DNA of 29,623 nucleotides, from positions 1 through 29,623 of the forward strand of contig JBIKWN010000030.1 of assembly GCA_044356295.1 (NCBI GenBank). The letters run 5' to 3'. Position numbers and translations under genes: made by a program. The DNA comes from Bdellovibrionota bacterium (lineage in GTDB: Bacteria; Bdellovibrionota_C; UBA2361; JBIKWN01). A model generated the notes under the pieces. That model searched no databases, was not told the origin of the DNA, and worked only from the letters and a program-made list of their open reading frames with translations. Below, one piece after another: positions 9,274 to 18,687 of the stretch (position 1 is its first letter; each line of letters begins with the position of its first letter).

Positions 9274-9406
9274 CAATGTCATTAAGTTAAGGCATTCCTA
9301 CCCCGTGACCATGACCGTAGGCGTGAGCGTGACCTTAAATTGTTTGGGTCACGCTCACGCACACGCTCAAGGTCACGGCACGTAAGTTCTTAACTTAATG
9401 ACATTG
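9274..9406. mobile_element. Non-autonomous fold-back element (MITE) with IS4-like terminal inverted repeats
   Basis: Perfect TIRs CAATGTCATTAAGTTAAG (9274-9291) and CTTAACTTAATGACATTG (9389-9406); inner perfect 14-bp stem 9321-9334/9347-9360; degenerate flanking direct repeat GACTAAATATGC / GACCAATATGC. Confidence 0.75.
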
Positions 9407-9454
9407 GACCAATATGCATTACATACGAAATATTACTAAAGATCTTTTTCCTAG

Positions 9455-11470
9455 GTGCCGACTAAATCTGTTATGGGAATTAGGGAACAATTAAAAAACT
9501 TTTTGAGTAAAACTGCTGTACCAACTGACAACCTAAGTGATCTTGAGCTTTCTCGCTTAGTTGCAATTGAATTAGGTCTCCCTTATTACGAAACAGCACC
9601 AGAAGATATGCCTCATTTGAGTGGCGTACTCGAGCATCCAGTTGTTCGTGCAGTTCCAATTTCTAAATGGAAAGAGCTTACTGCTATACCAAAAGAGATC
9701 ACAGCTGATTCTGCAACAGTCCTCGTGGCTAATCCATTTCAACTAGAGCTTCAAAGAGAGTTAACATTTCTTTTAGGAGGAAAAACTGTAGAGATAGTAA
9801 TGTCATCTGAGCAAAGTATCTCATCGATTCTTAATTGTTTTGGAAAAGTTCAAAATACGAATGAGCTTAAATTACAACTCGATGATAGTGAGCTTATATT
9901 TACTCAAAAGCCTGTAGTTGAAGCCACACATGAATCAACGATTAAGCCTGAAGATGTTTCTGCTCCTCTTGTCATTAGACTTGTCAATAAAATATTTTCA
10001 GATGCACTTGATTCTGGAACAAGTGATATTCACTTGACTCCTACTCAAAAAAATCTCGAAGTAAAAATTCGTATCGATGGAATTCTAAAAGATCTACTGA
10101 CAGTACCTATAAACTTAAAACTTACTGTAACTGCTAGAATTAAACTTCTTTGTGGGATGGATATATCTGAAAGAAGAAAACCACAGGATGGACGACTTCG
10201 TTTAAAAACTGGCTCACAACCCGTAGATTTAAGAGTTTCTTGTGTTCCAAGTGTATACGGCGAGACGATTGTCATACGGCTTTTATCAACAAAAATTTCA
10301 CAGGTTGAACTTGATAGCCTTGGCATGGATAAGAACCTCGTTGGTAAAGTCGAGCGAGCTTTGAAAAGTTCATCAAAAGTAGTGCTTGTTGCAGGACCGA
10401 CAGGTTCAGGAAAAACAAGTACTCTTTACGCAGCACTCTCGCATATTGCAGATGGAACCAAAAATATTATTACCATTGAAGATCCAGTTGAATATCGCAT
10501 CGAAGGTATTACTCAGATGCAGGTAAATAATAAAACTGATATGACTTTTGCAAATGGTCTACGGTCAGCGCTTCGACAAGATCCAGATGTCATTATGGTC
10601 GGTGAAATTAGAGATTTGGAAACTGCGCAAATATCAATGCAAGCTGCTCAGACAGGGCACCTTGTATTATCAACGATTCATACAAATACAGCCGAAGGAT
10701 CTATTACACGATTACTTGACCTTGGAGTTCCGGCATATCTTATTGCATCTTCAGTCACTGCAATTATAGCTCAAAGACTTGTTCGACGATTACAACCAGA
10801 TGGGACACTTTCAGGAAGAGTTGGTATTTTTAGCATGATAGAAATCACCCCTGAAGTTGTTGATCTAATCCGTTGTGGAGCAGGAGAGCATGAAATTATA
10901 AACAGAGCTTCTTTACAAGGATTTGTCCCACTTTGGCAACATGGACAATCTTTAATTGACCAAGGGGTAACCACCTACGAGGAAGTTGAAAGAGTTCTTG
11001 GTCCAAAGCCAAGTCTAGATCATCAAACTAACAATCAAACACGTATCAACGTCAATATGTCGCAAGGAAATGTTACACATAATCCTATCGCTAAAAGAAA
11101 GATTCTATTAGTGGAAGATGATGATACTTCTCGCACAGTACTCTCAATGTTATTTGAAGATGAGTTTTATGAAGTGATTCAAGCCTCAAATGGGCATGAA
11201 GGGCTCGAGAAAGTTTATGCTCACCATCCTGAAATCATTGTCAGTGACCTGATGATGCCAAGAATGTCGGGACTTGAAATGCTTCAAAAATTAAAAGGTG
11301 ACACTCGTTTATCGTCTATACCTGTTTTGATGCTTACAGCTGCAGCTCATGAAGAAAACGAAATCGATTTAATCAAACACGGTGCTGATGATTTTGTTAG
11401 TAAATCAGCTGATTCGAAGGTATTGCTGGCTCGGGTTGAGCGTATATTAAACAGAGCTTCTCATAGCTAA
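9455..11470 (+). CDS. GspE/PilB-family secretion/pilus ATPase with C-terminal response-regulator receiver domain
   Basis: SDIHL, RIDG, ERRKPQDG, Walker A GPTGSGKTSTLY, TIEDPVE, LRQDPDVIMVGEIRD, TGHLVLSTIHTN. REC domain: ILLVEDD, SDLMMPRMSG, LTA, GADDFVSK. Alternative start ATG 9473. Confidence 0.92.
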   Translation: MPTKSVMGIREQLKNFLSKTAVPTDNLSDLELSRLVAIELGLPYYETAPEDMPHLSGVLEHPVVRAVPISKWKELTAIPKEITADSATVLVANPFQLELQRELTFLLGGKTVEIVMSSEQSISSILNCFGKVQNTNELKLQLDDSELIFTQKPVVEATHESTIKPEDVSAPLVIRLVNKIFSDALDSGTSDIHLTPTQKNLEVKIRIDGILKDLLTVPINLKLTVTARIKLLCGMDISERRKPQDGRLRLKTGSQPVDLRVSCVPSVYGETIVIRLLSTKISQVELDSLGMDKNLVGKVERALKSSSKVVLVAGPTGSGKTSTLYAALSHIADGTKNIITIEDPVEYRIEGITQMQVNNKTDMTFANGLRSALRQDPDVIMVGEIRDLETAQISMQAAQTGHLVLSTIHTNTAEGSITRLLDLGVPAYLIASSVTAIIAQRLVRRLQPDGTLSGRVGIFSMIEITPEVVDLIRCGAGEHEIINRASLQGFVPLWQHGQSLIDQGVTTYEEVERVLGPKPSLDHQTNNQTRINVNMSQGNVTHNPIAKRKILLVEDDDTSRTVLSMLFEDEFYEVIQASNGHEGLEKVYAHHPEIIVSDLMMPRMSGLEMLQKLKGDTRLSSIPVLMLTAAAHEENEIDLIKHGADDFVSKSADSKVLLARVERILNRASHS

Positions 11471-11553
11471 TAATCTAGGGGACATGCCTCATGATTCCTT
11501 GTTCGGTACTTTGTGCTGACAGATGATTATTTAATCGCTATCATGAATAGGCT

Positions 11554-12285
11554 ATGGCTGATGAAACCCCAGCAATGACTCCTCAACAACGACTTCTTAC
11601 TGAGGGGGCTCAAAATCCGTTGGCGTTATATAAAGAGTTATCAGTCGGACAAGAAAACTCATTTTCTTATTTTCTTCTATTTGAGTTTTTAACAACTTTT
11701 ATCTCTGGCTTGCCTGGATTGTTAGGTTTTGGTTTCAGATCTGTTTTATATCCTCTTTTATTTAAATGTTGTGGAAAGCGCCCAGCTATCGGTAGAGGTG
11801 TTGTGCTGAGGAGAACTAGAAATATTTCATTAGGAAATAAAGTACTTATCGATGACTACGCTGCTATTGACGTAAGAGGACACGGATCCATTACTATTGG
11901 CAACAACGTCTCAATTGGAAGGCTCACCACAATAACTGCAAAAAATGGATCTATTACTTTAGAGTCTGGAGTTAATATTGGCTCCTATGCACGAATTGCA
12001 ACACAATCAAAAGTACATATTGGAGAAAGCACTTTAATAGCAGCATATGCATACATTGGTGCAGGGAATCATCAGCCTGGTGACCACGATACTCCACTGA
12101 TTGAACGCACTATGCAGATAAAGGGTGGCGTCTCTATCGGAAAAAATTGTTGGATTGGAGCAGGTGCGATGATTCTTGACGGCGTAACTATTGGGGACGG
12201 AGCAATTATTGGCGCACAAAGCCTTGTTAACAAAGATGTTCCTGCCGGAGTAACAGTTATTGGTACACCAGCAAAACCTTTATGA
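11554..12285 (+). CDS. Hexapeptide-repeat (left-handed beta-helix) acyltransferase, WcaF/MAT-like
   Basis: Repeated [LIV]G hexapeptides; GNH; IGKNCWIGAGAMILDGVTIGDGAIIGAQSLVNKDVP; GTPAK. Confidence 0.88.
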   Translation: MADETPAMTPQQRLLTEGAQNPLALYKELSVGQENSFSYFLLFEFLTTFISGLPGLLGFGFRSVLYPLLFKCCGKRPAIGRGVVLRRTRNISLGNKVLIDDYAAIDVRGHGSITIGNNVSIGRLTTITAKNGSITLESGVNIGSYARIATQSKVHIGESTLIAAYAYIGAGNHQPGDHDTPLIERTMQIKGGVSIGKNCWIGAGAMILDGVTIGDGAIIGAQSLVNKDVPAGVTVIGTPAKPL

Positions 12286-13073
12286 CAGTATATTCGGAAA
12301 AACGTTACCCTGTTTGGTTTATTGTTGTTGTTTCTATAACGACACTTCTTATAACGCTATACGCTGTCCGTCCAATTAATAGTCTAGTTCTTCCAAAAGA
12401 TGGCACGTATATAGGTAGTCTCTCAATGAGTGGATTGGACGAAGCGCCGTTTTTAGCTGAAATCGATCGTTCAAAAAATATTTTACAAATGACTTTTTTT
12501 CATCGAGATATTTCACCTCAAAAAAATGATCTTGTTGTAACACCATCATTATTTGGCACAAGTTTTAAACCACCTCGGATTCTTATTTTTGGTAAAGAGT
12601 ATAACTTTACTGGGAATTCTGTCTCTCAGGATGATGCAAAAGGATATCTTTCAAGTGATCGTGGACAATCAGTTGGACACTGGTATCTGAGGAAAGTGGC
12701 CTATTTACCTACTGTTAGTAAAGATACTGCATCCTCATATGTTACAACATGGAAGCAGTCTCAAGAGTTATTAAAGCTTAAAACAAAAGAGAACCATGAA
12801 TATGCACTATTAAAAACTGATCAACAGAAGTTAAAGGAAATCTTAGCGCAACAAAGTGCAATACAGGTTGAAGGCGGGCGAAAACTAGCTCGAGCCCGTC
12901 GCGAGCTTGATGAGAAAAGTCTTGCAAAGAAAAAAACAACTGCTGAGCTTTCGGTTTTGCGAGGGCGTATTATATTGGCGCAAAAACTATCTCCTCAGGG
13001 TAAATTCTTGGCTCTTTCAAGGATTTCACTTAAAGAAGAAGCTTCTTGGTTTTTTCAGGGAGCTAAAAAATGA
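12282..13073 (+). CDS. Hypothetical membrane-anchored protein with C-terminal coiled coil
   Basis: N-terminal hydrophobic helix (VWFIVVVSITTLLITLYAV), charged heptad-like C-terminus, and ATGA overlaps at both ends. Confidence 0.7.
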   Translation: MTVYSEKRYPVWFIVVVSITTLLITLYAVRPINSLVLPKDGTYIGSLSMSGLDEAPFLAEIDRSKNILQMTFFHRDISPQKNDLVVTPSLFGTSFKPPRILIFGKEYNFTGNSVSQDDAKGYLSSDRGQSVGHWYLRKVAYLPTVSKDTASSYVTTWKQSQELLKLKTKENHEYALLKTDQQKLKEILAQQSAIQVEGGRKLARARRELDEKSLAKKKTTAELSVLRGRIILAQKLSPQGKFLALSRISLKEEASWFFQGAKK

Positions 13074-13744
13074 TAAGAGCATCTTTATCACTTTTAATGA
13101 TATTTTTACTTTGTACGACTTCTGAAGTGGTTGCCCAAGAAAAAAAATCCTTCCTTTTTTTTGAAATACCTGAAGAAAAGCAGCCTTTAGGTCAGTGTCG
13201 AATTTATTGGTGGAACGATGATCTAACAGATGGATTTGAAACTGAAGTTGAAATAGCTGAAGGGGCTCAAAGTGTCTATGGAATAGCGCTACGTCCTGAA
13301 GTGCTAAAAGAAGATGTTCTTTCATACGGATTAAAATGCGAGTTTAACGGACAGACAAAACCAATCTTCATAACGGGGGGACGTACCATTACTGAACGTG
13401 AAGTAAATCGTCTCAGTTCTGAGAGAAAGGTGTTTGTTTCTGATATCCAAGATGCTCGAAAGAGCAAAGAGTCGCTTGCACTTGAGACACGAATTGCTCG
13501 CTCTCAGCTTTTATCATTAATTCCTACAGACGATATTATTAATCTGAGACAAGAAATAGAGAGATTAACTCAAGATACTGCAATGCTTGTCGCGGAAAAA
13601 AAGGTACTTCAAGCAGCCCTTGAAAATTTAGATTTTAAGAAAACTGAATCCGACGTATTCTTTGCTTCTGAAAAACTTTTACAGCAATACCTTGAAGAAC
13701 AACGACCAAAACCAAAGCAGCCTGTCAAAAAGTCAAAAGGATAG
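13070..13744 (+). CDS. Hypothetical exported protein with C-terminal coiled coil
   Basis: Signal-peptide-like N-terminus (MIRASLSLLMIFLLCTTSEVVA), helical charged C-terminus, ATGA overlap with the upstream gene. Confidence 0.7.
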   Translation: MIRASLSLLMIFLLCTTSEVVAQEKKSFLFFEIPEEKQPLGQCRIYWWNDDLTDGFETEVEIAEGAQSVYGIALRPEVLKEDVLSYGLKCEFNGQTKPIFITGGRTITEREVNRLSSERKVFVSDIQDARKSKESLALETRIARSQLLSLIPTDDIINLRQEIERLTQDTAMLVAEKKVLQAALENLDFKKTESDVFFASEKLLQQYLEEQRPKPKQPVKKSKG

Positions 13745-13970
13745 TATCCAGCAGTTTGCCGTCATGGTAAGGCAAACGAACATGTCTGCTGTAGTACTAT
13801 TTTTAATTGAAGCGCATAAACCGCTACGTTCGATTTTCCGGCAATGTTTCATTGCATGCTCTCCTTTCACCAAAAGCTCCAATGTTGCAAGCACTATTCT
13901 TACTCAACTGCTTTTACTAACTACAAATCCTAAGGCTCTAGACTATTTCGTAGCGGAGCTTGAACAATGA
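13662..13970 (+). CDS. Small hypothetical protein (FLIEAHKPL motif)
   Basis: Fills the gap between operon genes and its stop overlaps the next start (ATGA). Start uncertain (TTG 13662 or ATG 13764). Confidence 0.6.
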   Translation: MLLKNFYSNTLKNNDQNQSSLSKSQKDSIQQFAVMVRQTNMSAVVLFLIEAHKPLRSIFRQCFIACSPFTKSSNVASTILTQLLLLTTNPKALDYFVAELEQ

Positions 13971-14695
13971 ATGTAGAGCATGCCAATAGTTATACAGCTC
14001 TCTTTCTTTTTATAAGTTTTTGCGTTGTTTTGTATTTTCGAAAGTTTAATCAAAACATTACGGTAAGACACATTGCAGCGATAGAAATGATCTCTTACGG
14101 AGTTGCACGTGCTGCAGAAGCAGGAAAATCAATAATATTTACTACGGGCATTTCTACTTTAGGTCCAGTATTTTTTGCATGTTTAACCCTTCTTAAGGGA
14201 ATTCTTCAAAAGGCAAAACAACTTCATGTACCAGTTATACTCCCTCAAAATTCTCCTGAATGTGTTGCATACTTAGAGTCGTTTCTTGAGCAGAATGAAT
14301 TTCATGATAGTTCACCAGCACCCTCTGTACAATTTCTTTCAGAAGATCAGTTTGCATTTGCGTCTGGTTATATGGGCTTAGTTCACAGACATCAAACCGA
14401 GACTGCCTTTTTATTCGGACAGTTTGCAGGTGAATCTTTGATATTGAGTGAGGCAGGGCGTCAAGTAAATGCTTTTCAAATCGCAGGTAGTGTAAGCCCA
14501 GAGCAAGTGCCATTTTTTATCTGTACCTGTGATTATACGTTAATAGGAGAAGAGCTTTTTGCGGCAGGAGCATATCTGAGTGGTGATTCAAGTGACCTAG
14601 GGAATTTGCGTTCTCAAGATATTTTGAAACTTCTTTTGATGCTTATTATTGTTGTAGGAATTATCTGGACATATTTTTCTAAGTATTTTCTATGA
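13967..14695 (+). CDS. Conserved membrane protein, DUF6754-like
   Basis: N- and C-terminal TM helices around a soluble domain with VRHIAAIE...GVARAAEAGK, QFAFASG, ESLILSEAG, QIAG, QVPFFICTCDYTLIGEELFAAGAYLS. The family name is from recall. Confidence 0.7.
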   Translation: MNVEHANSYTALFLFISFCVVLYFRKFNQNITVRHIAAIEMISYGVARAAEAGKSIIFTTGISTLGPVFFACLTLLKGILQKAKQLHVPVILPQNSPECVAYLESFLEQNEFHDSSPAPSVQFLSEDQFAFASGYMGLVHRHQTETAFLFGQFAGESLILSEAGRQVNAFQIAGSVSPEQVPFFICTCDYTLIGEELFAAGAYLSGDSSDLGNLRSQDILKLLLMLIIVVGIIWTYFSKYFL

Positions 14696-15582
14696 GACTG
14701 ACATCAGCCGTTACCTTTATATCAGGTCTGTATTTTGTTTTGTATTTCTTGATTCCTGAAGTCAAGCTGGAGCAGTGGGGTATTATCGCTCTTCATCCTA
14801 CAATAACTCAGGGGTATATCATTGTAGGAGTTATGGCATTTGGCGTTGGGTTAATTAACCTTAGCTTCGTTCATTTAAAAACAATCGCACTGTTGAAAAA
14901 AGATGCCATCTTTAGCGTAATCCTTTTATCTTCACTGATTGGAACTATCCTTTTCGGACTTGTTGATTGGTATCAAGAAAGAGCAGTTGCTCGGTTTTTT
15001 TTAAAAGCTCAAGTGTATCAAAGTTTTTTTGAAAAACATTCAGAAGAGATAAAGAAAGATTATTATCCTTTTATAAAAGAATTAGCAGTTGAGGCTTCGA
15101 ATATTGGATTTTCTGAAAGATACAGCAATGAAATCGTGAATCTTGAAAAAAGTATTACAGGAAGTGAAATTAGTCAGAAGTTAAATGAAATTTTACTAAA
15201 AAAAGATCAGTTCCAGGAAGCGGATAATACAGAAAGATTTGCTGCAAAAGTATCAAGATTCTTTAATGAAGGAATATTTATTCCTCTTGGCTCATCAATG
15301 TTTGCTCTTCTTTCATTTTATATAGCTTCGGCCGCATTTCGTGCGTTTCGGTTGCGTTCATTTGAAGCGACGCTATTAATGATAACAGCTGTTCTTGTTG
15401 TGTTTGGACAAGTTCCAATGATTGCTTCACATTGGGATGGGTTTCCGCTTATTCGGAACTGGCTTTTAACCGTTCCCAATACTGCCGCTTTTAGAGGAAT
15501 TTCATTTGGGGCGAGTATTGCTGGCTTAGTATTGGCAATCCGTGTTTGGCTTTCTATTGATAAAAATCAGGTAGGAGCATAA
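14692..15582 (+). CDS. Uncharacterised multi-pass membrane protein
   Basis: About 6 TM segments; conserved-looking PLGSSMFALLSFYIASAAFRAFRLRSFEA and WLLTVPNTAAFRGI. Confidence 0.8.
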   Translation: MRLTSAVTFISGLYFVLYFLIPEVKLEQWGIIALHPTITQGYIIVGVMAFGVGLINLSFVHLKTIALLKKDAIFSVILLSSLIGTILFGLVDWYQERAVARFFLKAQVYQSFFEKHSEEIKKDYYPFIKELAVEASNIGFSERYSNEIVNLEKSITGSEISQKLNEILLKKDQFQEADNTERFAAKVSRFFNEGIFIPLGSSMFALLSFYIASAAFRAFRLRSFEATLLMITAVLVVFGQVPMIASHWDGFPLIRNWLLTVPNTAAFRGISFGASIAGLVLAIRVWLSIDKNQVGA

Positions 15583-16437
15583 GTGACTCGATCATCCCGA
15601 ATAATTTATATTTTACTTTTTCTAACGCTGCTGATTCCTCTCATGAGTTCGTTGTCTATTACGCCAGCGTTTAATTCTTCAGCGAAAAAAACGTATGATT
15701 ACATAGAATCGTTACCACAAAACCAAAATAATTTTGCTTTACTATTCTTAGATTATGGTCCAGGTACTCAGGCAGAGAATCAACCTCAAGCGTCAGTTAT
15801 TTTTGAGCATCTCCTAAGAAAAAAAATTCCAACAATTCTATTAACGACATACTCATTGGGGGAAAAGTTCACTCAAGAAACGGTTAAAGAAGTATTACGT
15901 CGAATGAAATTAGAAGCTCCTGATACAGAGTATGTGTACGGTGTAGATTATGTAGTTCTTGGTTATAGACCGGGGGCAAATTTATTTCTGCAGGGTATAT
16001 CACAATCAAATAAATTAGCTGAGTTTTTAGGTAAGGATATTAAAGGAATTCCACTTGTTCACTATGACGCCTTTAAAAATCTTACAACACTTTCACAAGT
16101 TTCAACTATCGGTCAGTTTACTGGACTTGTTGGTTTTTTAAGCTCATATATCCAGTTTTTAACAGTGCAAGGTCAAACAGCACCACTCATTCACGGGTGC
16201 ACCAGTATTACTATTCCAGAAACCTATATTTATGCTGATACTGGTCAACTTCGAGGTACATTAGAAGGTGTTTCGGGTGCTGCGTATTACTCTCATATGC
16301 TACAAACGAATTTCAAAAATCGACAAACTGATGATTCATTGGTCATTAATACAGCTCTCGGACTTGGACAGATATTAATACTGATTCTCATCGTTGCAGG
16401 GAATCTCATTGAGTTTTTTGGAAGGCGAATAGTGTGA
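15583..16437 (+). CDS. Uncharacterised membrane protein with large extracytoplasmic domain
   Basis: N- and C-terminal TM helices; DYGPGTQAENQP, YGVDYVVLGY, TGQLRGTLEGVSGAAYY. GTG start immediately after the upstream stop. Confidence 0.8.
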   Translation: MTRSSRIIYILLFLTLLIPLMSSLSITPAFNSSAKKTYDYIESLPQNQNNFALLFLDYGPGTQAENQPQASVIFEHLLRKKIPTILLTTYSLGEKFTQETVKEVLRRMKLEAPDTEYVYGVDYVVLGYRPGANLFLQGISQSNKLAEFLGKDIKGIPLVHYDAFKNLTTLSQVSTIGQFTGLVGFLSSYIQFLTVQGQTAPLIHGCTSITIPETYIYADTGQLRGTLEGVSGAAYYSHMLQTNFKNRQTDDSLVINTALGLGQILILILIVAGNLIEFFGRRIV

Positions 16438-17105
16438 GTATAGATTCATTTACAATCTTTTTTGCTGGAATAGGTACTCTTGCGATCTTTTCTTTTCTTA
16501 TCTCAGAAAATCGATTTTATCGCTCTTTTGAGTATCTATTTATCGGAGTTGCGGCAGGATATGTGCCACTTGTGACTTTCAAGACGTTTCTTTGGACTCA
16601 AGTTTTAGAGCCAATGGTTGGAGGCGATAGGATTTTGCTTCCAGATGGAACTTTTTCGAGTGAGCCATTAACGGTCAATCCATTTTGGTATTTAATTCCT
16701 ATAATTTTTGGACTGCTTTACTATACTGTTTATATCCCACGATACAGGTGGTTAGCAGCGCTTGTTATAGCATTTTCTCTTGGAGCGTCTGCTGGATTAA
16801 GTTTTCAAGGATTTTTTGCCGAAGTCGTTCCGCAAGTAATCAAAAGTTTTGATTCGGGAATATTATTTGCCTCTATACTTCTTTCAACAATGTACTATTT
16901 CTTTTTTACCTTTCGAAGAAAACAAAAAGGTTTAGGAAGTGCAGTAGCCTGGTATGGAAGAACCTGGATGATGGTTTGTTTTGGAGCATTTTTTGGCTCT
17001 ACCATAATGGCTCGCCTAGCATTACTGATAGAGCGTTTACAGTTTTTAGTATCAAGTTGGTACCCCGAGATAATAAAATTAGGCAAGGGTATCTATGGAG
17101 CGTGA
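16434..17105 (+). CDS. Uncharacterised multi-pass membrane protein
   Basis: TLAIFSFLISENRFYRSFEYLFIGVAAGY, YFFFT and GRTWMMVCFGAFFGSTIMARLALLIERLQFL. GTGA overlap. Confidence 0.8.
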   Translation: MSIDSFTIFFAGIGTLAIFSFLISENRFYRSFEYLFIGVAAGYVPLVTFKTFLWTQVLEPMVGGDRILLPDGTFSSEPLTVNPFWYLIPIIFGLLYYTVYIPRYRWLAALVIAFSLGASAGLSFQGFFAEVVPQVIKSFDSGILFASILLSTMYYFFFTFRRKQKGLGSAVAWYGRTWMMVCFGAFFGSTIMARLALLIERLQFLVSSWYPEIIKLGKGIYGA

Positions 17106-18687
17106 AGCTTGGGTAGTTACTGACTGCGGAAGTACAACATCAAAATCGATTGTTTTTTCGAATGATAATGGAAATTGGAGAATGATTGACTGGGCGGTAA
17201 GCCCAACAACGGTAGAGGCACCAACAGCAGATGTAACATATGGAGTAAAAAATTCATTTCAATCTTTAAACGAGAGAGAGGGGACAAAACTACTCTATAA
17301 TGAGTCCGGTTTCCCGAAAAACTTTCTTGCAACAAGCTCAGCTGGAGGAGGCCTTAGGGTTGCCGTCGTAGCTCTCACAAAAGAAATAACAGGTGAGTAT
17401 CTTATTGAAGCAGCACTACACGCGGGAGCAATTATTTCAGCAGTAATTTCTCTTGATGATAACGATTCAATGGATGTGCGAATTGAAAAACTTCGCGATG
17501 CAATGCCTGATATCTTAATTGTAGCAGCTGGATTTAAAAATTCAGTTCCAGCCGGGGTTATTGAATTGGTTGCACTTATCAAAGATGCAGCACTCGTGTC
17601 GCGTCTTGATGCATTGATAAAAATTCCATTAATTTTTGCGGGTTCTAAATATGTTACCCAGCAGCTAGATATTTTAAAAGAATCGTATGAGCTTTTTTCT
17701 GTTGAAACAATTGCAGTCTCTGCACGTGAAAAATCTTTGCTACCTACCGAAGAAAAAATTCATACTCTTTTTTTAGAATCAGTGATGGAGCATGCTCCTG
17801 GATACAAAAAACTACTTTCGCATGTATCTATACCTATTCTTCCAACGCCAGTGGCAGTATCAAAAATACTAGAAGCATATTCAATTCATAAATCCGAGAA
17901 ACTGTTATGTATAGATATGGGAGGAGCAACAACGGATATTTTTAGTACTGGTTTAACAGGAATTGATAGGACAGTTAGCTCAAATGTTGGAATGAGTTAC
18001 TCAAGCTACTATGTGTTTGAAAAAGTTGGTATTGCAGGATTTAGAAAGTATCTACCCTTACATATATCTGATGAACAGATTGAAGCATCAATCTTTAACA
18101 AAATGCTTCGTCCAACAACGATTCCATCTGATGCAAATGAACAGGAAATTGAATATGCGCTTTGTAGGCTGGGATTAGAAATTTCTTATACTTCACACGT
18201 AAAAATAATTAGTCGTGCACGGCAACAGAAAAATAAGCTTTCAATTGAAAATATCTTCTCTCAGAATAATCAAGTTGAATCTGCGTCGTATGACCGAATA
18301 ATTGCTTCTGGCGGAGTTTTTAGTCACTGTCCCAATCCCGACCTAATTCCTTGGATACTTGCTGATGGATTATCTTTATCAGGGATATCTGAAATCGTTG
18401 TCGATAAGGTTTTTATGCTGCCTCATCTAGGAATGCTTTATCAAATTCGGCCTGACGCTAGTATGCATATTCTTGAGCAAGACTGCTTAGGTGCAATCGG
18501 TATTTTTATTTCAATTAAAAAAAACGACGAAATAATTGTAAATTCAGAAAAATTAATCTTTAACAATAATCACAGAAGGCAAATCCTTGAGTTTAAAGAT
18601 GGAATATCGGTAATAAAATATAAACAGAAAGAAAAATATTTCTCTTTAAAGTTTAATAAAATTTATTTAGAAATTGTTGACTCATGA
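17095..18687 (+). CDS. glmL: Glutamate mutase L (GlmL/MutL)-family ASKHA-fold ATPase
   Basis: Phosphate-1 DCGSTTSK, SPTTVEAP, ATSSAGGGLR, PTPVAV, phosphate-2 DMGGATTDIFS, RTVSSNVGMSYS, IASGGVFSH. The symbol denotes the family, not a proven function. Confidence 0.8.
   Translation: MEREAWVVTDCGSTTSKSIVFSNDNGNWRMIDWAVSPTTVEAPTADVTYGVKNSFQSLNEREGTKLLYNESGFPKNFLATSSAGGGLRVAVVALTKEITGEYLIEAALHAGAIISAVISLDDNDSMDVRIEKLRDAMPDILIVAAGFKNSVPAGVIELVALIKDAALVSRLDALIKIPLIFAGSKYVTQQLDILKESYELFSVETIAVSAREKSLLPTEEKIHTLFLESVMEHAPGYKKLLSHVSIPILPTPVAVSKILEAYSIHKSEKLLCIDMGGATTDIFSTGLTGIDRTVSSNVGMSYSSYYVFEKVGIAGFRKYLPLHISDEQIEASIFNKMLRPTTIPSDANEQEIEYALCRLGLEISYTSHVKIISRARQQKNKLSIENIFSQNNQVESASYDRIIASGGVFSHCPNPDLIPWILADGLSLSGISEIVVDKVFMLPHLGMLYQIRPDASMHILEQDCLGAIGIFISIKKNDEIIVNSEKLIFNNNHRRQILEFKDGISVIKYKQKEKYFSLKFNKIYLEIVDS

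Noticed and set aside
9274..9406. Repeat region as CRISPR array, tRNA or simple terminator
   Set aside because: It has no repeat-spacer periodicity, no cloverleaf and no U tract. Nested inverted repeats with a flanking duplication fit a MITE better.
11525..11536. GATTA-TT-TAATC palindrome upstream of the acyltransferase operon
   Set aside because: It is too short and AT-rich to distinguish from chance.
17095..18687. DNA mismatch repair MutL, or a functional glutamate mutase locus
   Set aside because: The motifs are ASKHA, not GHKL; the name overlap is coincidental. No GlmS/GlmE subunits are in the window.
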